64,000 bases of DNA from Promethearchaeia archaeon (GCA_029856105.1 JAHQWH010000210.1:22685-86684); one strand, 5' to 3'. Shown: positions 30,575 to 40,230, counted from the stretch's first letter. A program made the numbers and translations. The notes: generated from the letters alone by a model not told the origin.

Positions 30575-30748
30575 TTATGCTATTAAAAGCTCCTTCTCGT
30601 TGAGATTTTTCTCACTTAAACAATCCTTATGATAATAAAAAGTTTTGTTACCGTAAAATTTCCCGTTTATTAAATTTCCTAAAGTTATTTTGAAGTGTGA
30701 ATTTAACTTTTGAAGTTTAATTTCTTCTCTACAAATAGGACAAATCAT
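30575..30748 (-). CDS. 57-aa CxxC...HxxC zinc-finger microprotein
   Basis: Below ORF-track cutoff; manual translation MICPICREEIKLQKLNSHFKITLGNLINGKFYGNKTFYYHKDCLSEKNLNEKELLIA. Confidence 0.75.
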   Translation of the reverse strand: MICPICREEIKLQKLNSHFKITLGNLINGKFYGNKTFYYHKDCLSEKNLNEKELLIA

Positions 30749-30832
30749 TAAAATACAATTTATATACTTTAAATTAAATTAAAAAAGAAATATTTAAAGT
30801 TAACAATTTTAAAATTCTAACTTAAGATTGAG

Positions 30833-31834
30833 CTAAGAGTTAAAAAATTTTAGAGAAGCTGCGACTAAAACTATTTCGTTTTTCTTTTGAGTGTGGCCAC
30901 CCTTTTTTAAAACTAATGTGTTTTCATCTGAAAGATCTAGCAGTTTAACATTTTCCTTGAAGTTCTTAAATTTTATAATTTTATCGTTTCTAGCATGAAT
31001 AAGAAATATTCTCTTAGAATAATTACGCCATATATCTTCTGATAGTAAGCGTTTAGATTTCTCGATTACGATGTATGGAGATAATTCTTCATTTTCTTCT
31101 TTATTTGGGAACAATTTTACACCCCTTAATAGATAGCTAAGCATTACTATAGGACTATATTTAGGTAAGTTTTGTTTGTAATAAGATATTGAAGAAATGG
31201 CAATTATTTTTTCAATATGAACATTTGAAAACCCTCCACATAGAACAGTTATAGCTCCGATGCTGTATCCAACGGAATAGATTTTTTTGTTCTTAAGCTG
31301 GTCATTATCCTTAACCCATTCTATTATTTTTCTATAATCATCTATTCTCTTTAAAAATTGACTCCTCCTTCCTACCTTTTTAGACTCTCCAATGCCACGT
31401 GCATCATACGCTAAGATTGTATATCCTTGGTAAGCTAACGGTAAATAATAGTATTGTAGAGTTTCTTTTGTGTCTGAAAAGCCATGGCAGACAACGACAA
31501 TAGTATTTTTGGATTTAACAATTTCTTGATCGTTTGAACGTATTAAACAAGCTACAATACACCTACTTTTTCCTTTTTTGTTTTTACCAACTTCGATTTT
31601 AATTTTAGAAATTATTAAACTCCCAAATTTAATAGGAGCCCATCTATCGAAGTACAAATCCCTAAAGCTCCAGTATATTTCAAATGGAGTGTAAATGATT
31701 AAAAATGTTGTTGTTGATAATATCAAACACGGTTCAAAAGGATTACCCCACGAGGTATTTAGGTTCCAGATGTATGCACTAAAAATAATTCCAATAATGA
31801 TTATAAATATACGTTTTTGATTCTTTGAGAGCAT
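30833..31834 (-). CDS. Membrane-anchored alpha/beta hydrolase
   Basis: Two N-terminal hydrophobic helices, CHGF, YDARGIGES, GYSIG, IHARND, GGH. Confidence 0.85.
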   Translation of the reverse strand: MLSKNQKRIFIIIIGIIFSAYIWNLNTSWGNPFEPCLILSTTTFLIIYTPFEIYWSFRDLYFDRWAPIKFGSLIISKIKIEVGKNKKGKSRCIVACLIRSNDQEIVKSKNTIVVVCHGFSDTKETLQYYYLPLAYQGYTILAYDARGIGESKKVGRRSQFLKRIDDYRKIIEWVKDNDQLKNKKIYSVGYSIGAITVLCGGFSNVHIEKIIAISSISYYKQNLPKYSPIVMLSYLLRGVKLFPNKEENEELSPYIVIEKSKRLLSEDIWRNYSKRIFLIHARNDKIIKFKNFKENVKLLDLSDENTLVLKKGGHTQKKNEIVLVAASLKFFNS

Positions 31835-31909
31835 TAATTATCCCTAATGTTAGTTTATGGGGCTGAATACGATAAGATTTGAATAAAAAAATAAAAGGAA
31901 ATTGGTTTT

Positions 31910-32227
31910 TCATGGCTTATTGGGTTTTGGACAGCCGTGATCATGAGCAATTTTACAACCTGGTATGCTCTTTAAACCAGGACATGGATCGCATTTCACT
32001 TTTCTTAACATTTTTACAACATCGTCAATTTCTAATCCGAATTCTTCTTCTTCTGTTTCGTCCGTTAACATATCATCTTTAATTTCACTTAGATCGTAAT
32101 CAAGATCTTCTTCTAAATTATCTTGTTCCTCATATAAATCAAGAATTTCGTCTCCTTCATCATCCATTTTTCCTTCGGGAACATCTTCACTTTCGGTTTC
32201 TGTTGGTACTTTCTTTTTTTTAGCCAT
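31910..32227 (-). CDS. Highly acidic protein with C-terminal Cys/His cluster
   Basis: ATG at 32227; D/E-rich tract, then CDPCPGLKSIPGCKIAHDHGCP. Confidence 0.75.
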   Translation of the reverse strand: MAKKKKVPTETESEDVPEGKMDDEGDEILDLYEEQDNLEEDLDYDLSEIKDDMLTDETEEEEFGLEIDDVVKMLRKVKCDPCPGLKSIPGCKIAHDHGCPKPNKP

Positions 32228-32486
32228 TGATTTCACGATTAATATTAGTTATTTTATTTAGTATTAATATAAAATAAATTAATTCAATAAAATTTAGATT
32301 TTATTATTTTATTTTCGAAAAGTGAAAATCTAATTCAATTCTTAGTTAGTGATAAATCTTAATGCCAAATAATAAGTTCAAATATATTACATTAAAATTG
32401 GTACAGAATTGAATTTCTTAAAAAAAGATACATTTAATAAAGCCAAGATATAATTTAATTTTAATTTAAACTATTTTAAAAAAAAA

Positions 32487-33905
32487 TTGGTGAATTATAA
32501 ATTGGAAAATATTCAAGAAGCACCTAAATTTTCTACGAAAATGCGATTGAATTGGGCGATGGCTAGTTTTGGAGGTGCATTGATTAGCGGGATATACGCT
32601 GCGCTCCTCCCAATTTTCTACATTGATTATCTTGGATTAGTGGAAAATGCTGCTGTGATATACTGGGTACAAATTATTTATGTTTTAGTAAACGCATTCA
32701 ATGATCCAATATTTGGGATAATGTCTGATAGATCCAAAGCAAAAAAGGGAAGAAGAATACCTTTTATGAGATATACTGCGCCTTTTTTAGCGCTAACATT
32801 TATCCTCATATGGTTTTCTCCGGATTCAAGCTCTGGAGAGTGGATAGTATTCTTGTGGATGGTCATTACTACTTGCCTTTATGATACAGCCTACACAATC
32901 ATTTTTTTGGTTTATTCTGCATTATTACCTGAAGTAACTGAAAACGAACAAGAAAGAACTGGCCTTCAAGTGTATGCTTCGTTCTTGTCATTGATTGGTA
33001 TGGTTTTGGGATTTATAATACCTGATATGTTTAGAAATCAATCTCGCTTTCTCTTGTTAATGTCAATGATAGGCGTTGGAATTGTGGGTGCGGCGTTAAT
33101 AATGTATACGACGTATAAGTTTAAAGAGAGACCAGAATTTACAAAAGTCGATAAACCATTAGGTTTCTTTGACGCGTTAAAGTTCACATTCAAAAACCGT
33201 TCCTTTTTGAGCCTAGTTGCTGCTAATTTTATGGGAATCTTGATTCAATCGTTAATCCTTGGTTCGCTCTTCTATTTAGCAGATTACATCCTGCAAGAAT
33301 CTACACTTACCTTATTAATATTCGTATTTTTACCCTTGATTATAGGTATATGGATCACGCCAAAATTAATTAAAAAGTGGGGTGTAGTTCGAAGCGACCA
33401 AATTCTTTTACTAATTGGTGGTACGGGGTTAATCCTATTGTTTTTTATTATAGGTTTAGAGAGCAATATAATGATATACATTTTTCTAGCAATAGCCGGT
33501 TTTGGATTTGTTGGTCCATTAATCTTTACAAATGTTATGTTTGCTCAAGTAGCAGACGAAGACGAATTGAAAACTGGAGTTAGACGAGAAGCAGCGTTCT
33601 TTGGGATAAACGCTTTATTAACAAAACCAGCTCAAAGCCTTGCTATTGTAATTCCTACAATGCTCTTAGATCTCTCGAACTTTATTCCACATGCCTTAGG
33701 GCAGCCTCCAGTCCTTCCACAACCCGCTGAAGCGATATTTGCAATTAGACTTTTTATTAGTCTCATTCCAGGGATTGCTCTTATTTTAGCAGCCTTTATC
33801 TTGCAATTATATCCAATCAAAGGAAACTACTGGGATAAAATACAAAAGGATATTTTGATTTTGCACGATCAAAAGCATAAAAAATTGAAGGAATTAGAAA
33901 GGTAA
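32487..33905 (+). CDS. MFS/GPH (MelB-like) sugar:cation symporter
   Basis: NAFNDPIFGIMSDR, GRRIPF, DEDELKTGVRREAAFFG, ~12 TM. Confidence 0.92.
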   Translation: MVNYKLENIQEAPKFSTKMRLNWAMASFGGALISGIYAALLPIFYIDYLGLVENAAVIYWVQIIYVLVNAFNDPIFGIMSDRSKAKKGRRIPFMRYTAPFLALTFILIWFSPDSSSGEWIVFLWMVITTCLYDTAYTIIFLVYSALLPEVTENEQERTGLQVYASFLSLIGMVLGFIIPDMFRNQSRFLLLMSMIGVGIVGAALIMYTTYKFKERPEFTKVDKPLGFFDALKFTFKNRSFLSLVAANFMGILIQSLILGSLFYLADYILQESTLTLLIFVFLPLIIGIWITPKLIKKWGVVRSDQILLLIGGTGLILLFFIIGLESNIMIYIFLAIAGFGFVGPLIFTNVMFAQVADEDELKTGVRREAAFFGINALLTKPAQSLAIVIPTMLLDLSNFIPHALGQPPVLPQPAEAIFAIRLFISLIPGIALILAAFILQLYPIKGNYWDKIQKDILILHDQKHKKLKELER

Positions 33906-33919
33906 AGTTCCATCTTTAA

Positions 33920-33931
33920 TTTTTTTTTTTT
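33920..33931 (+). terminator. Oligo-T tract, putative archaeal terminator
   Basis: T12 run 15 nt after the MFS gene stop. Confidence 0.5.
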
Positions 33932-34007
33932 CTTAATTATTACTATATTTTAATATTCTTATCTCTATTTCTTATAAAAATTAAAAGAGGTATATATCTA
34001 TTAAAAA

Positions 34008-36041
34008 TTAGAATTTATACACCAAACCTTTGTTTATTTGATCCACCAATTTGGAATTACCATATAAAAAATTAAATGAATTATTAATTTGATTTAGGTT
34101 TTCATTCACTTCTCCCTTTAAATAAGTAAGGTATTTTGGTAGAGCAAAACGACGTTTAAAATTTTTAATTTTTATATTTGGTACCGAATTATGAGAATTT
34201 AATAATTTACTTAATTCATCGTAAGGCTCGAATTGTAAATATAGTTGAGCAACTAAAGAATTTGTTAGGTTTTGATAAAAATTTAAGAGTTTTTCGATTT
34301 CTAATAATTGAATTTCATCGTTTGGTTCTTGGAGAAGTTCAAATCTTAATTGCGATAAAAATTGATTTATTTTGCCTAAATAAGAAAGCGACGTGGGAAA
34401 AAGTTCTGGCATGGGCAGTTTTTTTATAAAACTTCCATTAAACCTTAAATAACCTCCAGACATGTGAAGAGTTCCGTATAATGCTTTAAATACTGAATTA
34501 ATAATATCTGAATTCATTATCGAAAGTAAACAAAAATAGTCGTTTGTTTTAAATGAAGGTACCCTTAAAAAATAAAGCCCCGTTAAATTAACGTAAATAC
34601 CCGGATCGTACACACAAGTAATATCCTTAGCAATTTCTCTAAAAATTATTTTTTCACTATTAAGGTTATCCCAAACTTCTTTTTTCTCTGATGGAAAGCT
34701 AAAATATGATACTTCGTGATTTACTTTTGCGATTTTTATGCGTTTTTTGAAATCAATATAATATTTACCAACATTTCCGGTTCCTATCAATATTAAATCT
34801 TTATTAGAAGTCTTATTTTTACTAATATTTTTGAAGTTTTCCGCCCATTTAATGAAACCGAAAGGACGATATGTAATTTTTAAACCCTTTATAACTTGTA
34901 TCATTGGTTTGAAATAAGTATACAAGAAGTTAACTAAGTTTATATCAGGAGATATTGGTATTACAGATGATGGGAGGTTTTTTATTGAATCTTGGGGTAA
35001 TTCAGTTATTTTTTCATTTTGCAAATGCTTAAAATCTTTCATGCTCTCAAATTTTTTTATTAGAATCGTATTTCCTGTGTTAGTTCTTTTTTTAAAAGAA
35101 ATAATTATTGGATAAGCAGCAGTTTTTTGAAATATCAGTAATGAGGATACATTAATAATTTCCTTAAGCTCTGTATCTCGCAATAACATCTCCCTAATTT
35201 TCAGACCATAATCGGCTGATAAAAATTTATTGGTAGTTAAAAAAGATAGGCATCCAACTCCTTTTTTCAATAATTCTATCGATTTTTCAATAAAAACAAC
35301 ACTAAGATCAAACAATCTATAAGCAGATTCAAATTTTTTTTTGATTTTTTTTTTGAAATCTACATCTAATATCTTCTTATTTTCGACGTAAGGAGGATTT
35401 CCGATTATGAGGTCAATATCAGTTGAATCAAATTTAAGAAGGTAATCTAAATTAAATATATTAAAGTTCAGATCGATTTTATCGATATAATTTTCAATTT
35501 CGTCTAAATTTGAATTGATACGAACTAAATCGTCTAAAAATGGGGACTTTACATCCGAATAAAGCCATAATATCAGTCTTAGTTTTGAAATCAAGTATGC
35601 TGACTTATCAATTTCGATTCCGTATAAATTGTTTTGAATTATTTTTTTCTTAATATCGTAATCAGGACACCCTAACTCAAATATCTTATTGATATTAAAA
35701 AGAACTTCGGCGATGGCGATCAAAAATCTTCCCGTGCCACAAGCGGGGTCTAGAATTTTAATATTTCTTATTTTTGCTTCAAATCTATCTTTAAGACTTT
35801 CATTTTTTGCGAGTAATTGTTTTAGACTGGCGTAATCACAGTTTGTTTGAAAAACTTTTCTTAGCTCTAAAAAATCGTCAAAAAAGATCCTAAAAATGTT
35901 TAATACCATAAAGTCCGCAATTGGTTGAGGAGTATAAACTACTCCACGATCTCGATTATTCTTCTTTTCAGTAACTATCTCATTTTCGAATTTGCTAATT
36001 ATGTTTTCCAAAATTTGTATCTTGTTTTTAGATGACTGCAT
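34008..36041 (-). CDS. N6-adenine DNA methyltransferase (Eco57I/TaqI-like gamma class) with C-terminal target-recognition domain
   Basis: GVVYTP, ILDPACGTGRF, LYGIEID, IIGNPPY; TaqI-C-like EKIIFREI...LLSIMNS. Confidence 0.9.
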   Translation of the reverse strand: MQSSKNKIQILENIISKFENEIVTEKKNNRDRGVVYTPQPIADFMVLNIFRIFFDDFLELRKVFQTNCDYASLKQLLAKNESLKDRFEAKIRNIKILDPACGTGRFLIAIAEVLFNINKIFELGCPDYDIKKKIIQNNLYGIEIDKSAYLISKLRLILWLYSDVKSPFLDDLVRINSNLDEIENYIDKIDLNFNIFNLDYLLKFDSTDIDLIIGNPPYVENKKILDVDFKKKIKKKFESAYRLFDLSVVFIEKSIELLKKGVGCLSFLTTNKFLSADYGLKIREMLLRDTELKEIINVSSLLIFQKTAAYPIIISFKKRTNTGNTILIKKFESMKDFKHLQNEKITELPQDSIKNLPSSVIPISPDINLVNFLYTYFKPMIQVIKGLKITYRPFGFIKWAENFKNISKNKTSNKDLILIGTGNVGKYYIDFKKRIKIAKVNHEVSYFSFPSEKKEVWDNLNSEKIIFREIAKDITCVYDPGIYVNLTGLYFLRVPSFKTNDYFCLLSIMNSDIINSVFKALYGTLHMSGGYLRFNGSFIKKLPMPELFPTSLSYLGKINQFLSQLRFELLQEPNDEIQLLEIEKLLNFYQNLTNSLVAQLYLQFEPYDELSKLLNSHNSVPNIKIKNFKRRFALPKYLTYLKGEVNENLNQINNSFNFLYGNSKLVDQINKGLVYKF

Positions 36042-36206
36042 TTTCGTGGAATCCTAACAAAAAAAATCGTTTCTTTGAGATTTTTTATTAACACTAATTC
36101 TAATAATCAAATCCTTTATTTATAAGAATGCAAGATATTAATTTAAAAGTTAAAGTACAATTAATAGAGATAAATTAAAAATTATACTTGCAAATAAGAT
36201 TAAAAA

Positions 36207-37109
36207 ATGATAGACAAACCGTTTTTAAATAATCTTATAAAGGAACCATATAAAATCTCTAAACTAGAGTTCAAATATATCTCAGAGATTTTACGAAAAG
36301 CAGAAGAGATTTTTAAAGAAGAAAACTTGTTATTAGAGTTTAATCTCGATGATTCCAAAAACGAAGTATGGGTTATTGGAGATATTCATGGAAATTTAGA
36401 ATCTTTACAGAGATTGATTGAAATAATAAATGTAAAAAAACCTGAGTTTGTAATTTTTCTAGGTGATATTGTTGATCGGGGTGCAAATCAGTTAGAATGT
36501 TTAATTTTGGTTCTTGCGTTAAAAATTAGATATCCAAATAGATACTATCTATTAAAAGGGAATCACGAAACTTTAGAAATTAACAAAGCTTATGGATTCT
36601 TCCAAGAATTTAAATATAGATTTAAAGATCAAAAAAAATTTGACGAAGTTTTAGCCGTATACAATGTACTTCCCTTTTGTGCTTTAGTAAATAAAGGCAT
36701 ATTATGTCTACATGGCGGGATTCCCGAAGATATCGCGATTTTAAGGAAGTTGAGTGGATTAAAAACAAGAGATATTGTTTCAGTATCCAAAACAATAGCA
36801 GAAAGTCTAGTACAAATTATGTGGAATGACCCTAAATCCGATTTAAAAGGATTCTCAGAAAGTTTTAGAGGTCCTGGAACAAAGTTTTTTGGAGAAGATG
36901 TTTTTAATGATTTTATGAAAGAGTATAATTTAAAATATTTAATTAGAGCGCACGAAGTATTCCTTGAAGGTTATAAATGGTTTTTCAACAAGCGGTTGTT
37001 ATCTATATTTTCTTCTGCTAATTATAGAGGTAAGTCATCACCAAATCCAGCGTCCTACGCCGTTATAAAAAATAATTTGGTAAAACCAAAATTAATCAAA
37101 AAATTATAA
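36207..37109 (+). CDS. PPP family Ser/Thr protein phosphatase
   Basis: GDIHG, GDIVDRG, GNHE, HGGI, WNDP, IRAHE, SIFSSANY. Confidence 0.94.
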   Translation: MIDKPFLNNLIKEPYKISKLEFKYISEILRKAEEIFKEENLLLEFNLDDSKNEVWVIGDIHGNLESLQRLIEIINVKKPEFVIFLGDIVDRGANQLECLILVLALKIRYPNRYYLLKGNHETLEINKAYGFFQEFKYRFKDQKKFDEVLAVYNVLPFCALVNKGILCLHGGIPEDIAILRKLSGLKTRDIVSVSKTIAESLVQIMWNDPKSDLKGFSESFRGPGTKFFGEDVFNDFMKEYNLKYLIRAHEVFLEGYKWFFNKRLLSIFSSANYRGKSSPNPASYAVIKNNLVKPKLIKKL

Positions 37110-37547
37110 CACCAATTCGGGAAATTTTTCAACAATCTCGGGATATTTTTTAATTTCTTCCTTCCATCGATCGATTTTATCTAATTCCAGAGATAATTTT
37201 TGTGAAGCTATTGTCTTTTTTGTAGGTATATAGATATAAGCAGACAATAATCTATTATTTTTTAAATAAACTTCGGCGATTATTCGTTCAAATAAATCAT
37301 CAAAAACTCCTTCGATTGAATCTAAAAATTCTAATTCTTGTTGGTTCACATCAAATTTTAAAGTCCAAAAGGAATTCTTTGAACGTAAAGCATAAGGAAA
37401 CCAACTATTTTTAGGAAAAACTCTTGTAAAATTTTTTACAAGACATACTTCAACATTGAGTTTATCCTTCCACAGATTCCGAGTTATGAAGGTTCCATAA
37501 CCAATAATTGATACGAGATTTGAATCTGAGCTTTTTTTATCAATCAA
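37104..37547 (-). CDS. Gamma-glutamylcyclotransferase-like protein
   Basis: GYGT, LEFLDSIEG, FER, AYIY. Confidence 0.8.
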   Translation of the reverse strand: MIDKKSSDSNLVSIIGYGTFITRNLWKDKLNVEVCLVKNFTRVFPKNSWFPYALRSKNSFWTLKFDVNQQELEFLDSIEGVFDDLFERIIAEVYLKNNRLLSAYIYIPTKKTIASQKLSLELDKIDRWKEEIKKYPEIVEKFPELVL

Positions 37548-37628
37548 TTTAAGCTCTCAATTTATATAACTTAAGAATTAAAAATTGAGCATTTGAAACA
37601 AGGGAATTAGATGAAATGCTTCCTATTT

Positions 37629-37886
37629 TTATATTTTTAATTGATTTGCGTCCGGTTTTATGAAAAGCAAATTATTACCGCGAATAAATATCTCGTTGTA
37701 CTTAGCCACAGGGCTACCTTCCATGATTTCTGTCGCATTTTCTAGAATCATGTTCATGTATGCATCAATTTCTTTTAAGTTCCCCTTATATTCAGTGCCA
37801 TCTTTTAGTCTGAGCAATATCTCACTGTTCTGGGCATTTTGAAGTATTGTTAAAGGGTTCTTATTTCTGATATTCTGATTTGACAT
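37629..37886 (-). CDS. Sm-like archaeal protein (Lsm/SmAP)
   Basis: LKDGTEYKGNLKEIDAYMNMILENA (Sm1), IFIRGNN (Sm2). Confidence 0.95.
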   Translation of the reverse strand: MSNQNIRNKNPLTILQNAQNSEILLRLKDGTEYKGNLKEIDAYMNMILENATEIMEGSPVAKYNEIFIRGNNLLFIKPDANQLKI

Positions 37887-37994
37887 ATTTTAACCTTTAT
37901 AAAAACATTTATAATATAATTATTGAAAAGATAATTTAAAGAAAAACTTTTTTGAATTAAAACCTTTTTATCGGATATTAATTATTCTTATATT

Positions 37995-38636
37995 TTGATC
38001 TGTTTGGTAATTTTCTTGAAACCTTTAAATAAAGATTTAGATAAGAAAAAAAATATTATTGAGAAATATAATTCAACCTCAAGCTTCTACGATAATAGAT
38101 ATAGCAAAATACAAAAAGAAAAGTATAAAATTCTTTTTAGAAATTGTAATTTAAATTATAAAACCATTCTAGATGCTGGTTGTGGTACAGGCCTATTAAT
38201 TGAATATGTTTTTAACATAAATATCGATAATATAAAGAAGAAGGTCAAATATGTTGGAATAGATATCTCTTGGAAAATGCTAATGAACTTTTGTGACAAA
38301 TCTAAAAAAATAAAAGATAGTGAAGATATAAATCTAATTTTAGGAGATATCGAAAACTTACCGCTAAGACAAGAAAGTTTTAATGTAATTTTTTCAATCA
38401 CATCGCTCCAAAATTTACCGGTCATAAAGAAAGGTTTGGGTGAATTTATTCGAGTTGGTCAAAAGGATTCGCTTTTGAAATTATCAATCTTACGAAAACA
38501 ATTGAAAGTAGATGATTTAATAGCATATTTAAAAACAAATACCCTAAACCTTAAGACTGAGTTTTTAGAAAATATAGAAGATGTGATTATTCAAGGAAGT
38601 CTAAATAAAAAAAATATTATTGAGGAAAACATTTGA
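37995..38636 (+). CDS. Class I SAM-dependent methyltransferase
   Basis: ILDAGCGTG, GIDISWKML, GDIENLPL; start uncertain. Confidence 0.85.
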   Translation: MICLVIFLKPLNKDLDKKKNIIEKYNSTSSFYDNRYSKIQKEKYKILFRNCNLNYKTILDAGCGTGLLIEYVFNINIDNIKKKVKYVGIDISWKMLMNFCDKSKKIKDSEDINLILGDIENLPLRQESFNVIFSITSLQNLPVIKKGLGEFIRVGQKDSLLKLSILRKQLKVDDLIAYLKTNTLNLKTEFLENIEDVIIQGSLNKKNIIEENI

Positions 38637-38647
38637 AAGCTTTTCCG

Positions 38648-39262
38648 TTACGTTTTAAGGTAATACTTTAAAGAAAAAGCTACTAAATTTGAAAGATATT
38701 CAACAAATTTATCATCTGTATCAAATAATTCCATTACAGATAAATGATGATATAAAATCGCATTAACAAGATTATACAAAAAGATAAATACATCAACTAA
38801 TCTTTTCTCGGATATTTGTTTAAAATTTTCATTTGTATTCCTTAATTTCTGCACTTTATCTTTAAAAATATTGAAAATCTTCTCTTTGTGTGCATCATGT
38901 AATATTTTATCAGATTGTATAGCAGACCTAAAAGCTAGATTATATCCTTTATTTTCTTCGTGATTCTTAAATAAATCTAAAATAAAATGATTGAGAAAAT
39001 CTCTTATATTTTCCTCATTCATGATACTTAAATTCTGACTATCCAAAAAAGTTTCCATCGATTCACCAAAATATTTTCTTATAATATCTTCTTTCCCTTT
39101 CGGAAAATATTTATAAATCGTACCAATACTAATCTTAGCCGATTTTGCAACATGATTTGTGCTTGTTTTGTGATATCCTTGTTTTAAAATTAGTTTAAAA
39201 AATGTATCATAAATCTTGTTAATTTTTTCTTGTTTATTTCGTGAAAATTTTTTGCTTGACAT
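38648..39262 (-). CDS. TetR/AcrR family transcriptional regulator
   Basis: GYHKTSTNHVAKSAKISIGTIYKYFPKGKEDI HTH; ATG at 39262 preferred because the upstream starts lie inside the operators. Confidence 0.92.
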   Translation of the reverse strand: MSSKKFSRNKQEKINKIYDTFFKLILKQGYHKTSTNHVAKSAKISIGTIYKYFPKGKEDIIRKYFGESMETFLDSQNLSIMNEENIRDFLNHFILDLFKNHEENKGYNLAFRSAIQSDKILHDAHKEKIFNIFKDKVQKLRNTNENFKQISEKRLVDVFIFLYNLVNAILYHHLSVMELFDTDDKFVEYLSNLVAFSLKYYLKT

Positions 39263-39276
39263 TATAATAATATTAA

Positions 39277-39292
39277 ATGAGTAATTACTCAT
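39277..39292. promoter_or_regulatory. Perfect palindrome, putative TetR operator 1
   Basis: ATGAGTAATTACTCAT. Confidence 0.8.
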
Positions 39293-39299
39293 AAATTTT

Positions 39300-39323
39300 A
39301 TAAGTGAGTAAATACTCACTTAT
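39300..39323. promoter_or_regulatory. Palindrome with 11-bp arms, putative TetR operator 2
   Basis: ATAAGTGAGTA-AA-TACTCACTTAT; shares the core TGAGTAnnTACTCA with operator 1. Confidence 0.8.
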
Positions 39324-39351
39324 TTAAAAATTAAATGGTTATGACAAATAA

Positions 39352-40230
39352 ATGATTCAAGAAGAAATAATTAAATTTTACAAACCTGCTAATCAAAACG
39401 ATATAGATGTTGTGGAAGATCTCATATATCCAGTATTTTCTAAGAAAAACAAAAAAAACAAGCACTATTGGAATGAGATCCAGTCATTATTTTTATCTGC
39501 CATGAAAAATGCTAATCTAAATTTTCTTAAAAGATATATTTTTTGGTTATATGTAAACAGAACCATAACTAAAGGTCTGAAAAAAGGAATACCTCTTATT
39601 AAGGTTGAAGAAACATTGCGAAAGTTTCTCAGAAAACGCGTCGATAATGAAAAAGATCGAAAGGCTTATGCATTCGAATGTGCTAAAAGGAGTTTTGAAT
39701 TAGTAGAAGACTACATCGTAGGAGAGAAGATACTTGATCTTGGTGCGGGAAATGGTCTTTTAGCGTTAGAAATAAAAAAACAACTTAAGAAAGAAGTCGT
39801 ACTGGTTGATATTGTAGATTATAATTATACAGACTTACCATTAATCTTATATAATCCAGAGGAACAGATACCTTTAGCAGATGGGGAAGTAGATACTACT
39901 ATTTTATATACCGTGTTGCATCATGCGAGTGACCCCGAACATCTATTGAAGGAAGCAACGAGAATAACCAAAAAACGCTTAGTAATTATAGAAGCCTATA
40001 TTGAGGAAGATGATATATGTATGACTAATAGTTTTTTTGATTGGTTTTACAATCGAGTAATTGGAGACGAAGATATCAATGTACCTCTTAATTTTCTTAA
40101 GCTGGAAGGATGGAAAAAAATTCTGAAATTATATGGATTTAATGTAATTGAAAATAAATATGTTGGAATTAGTGAACCCCTTGTTCCAGAACATCAGGTA
40201 TTAATTATCGCGGACCATAATTATAGTTAA
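39352..40230 (+). CDS. Class I SAM-dependent methyltransferase with N-terminal extension
   Basis: ILDLGAGNG, VLHHASDPEHLLKEATRI; divergent from TetR. Confidence 0.88.
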   Translation: MIQEEIIKFYKPANQNDIDVVEDLIYPVFSKKNKKNKHYWNEIQSLFLSAMKNANLNFLKRYIFWLYVNRTITKGLKKGIPLIKVEETLRKFLRKRVDNEKDRKAYAFECAKRSFELVEDYIVGEKILDLGAGNGLLALEIKKQLKKEVVLVDIVDYNYTDLPLILYNPEEQIPLADGEVDTTILYTVLHHASDPEHLLKEATRITKKRLVIIEAYIEEDDICMTNSFFDWFYNRVIGDEDINVPLNFLKLEGWKKILKLYGFNVIENKYVGISEPLVPEHQVLIIADHNYS

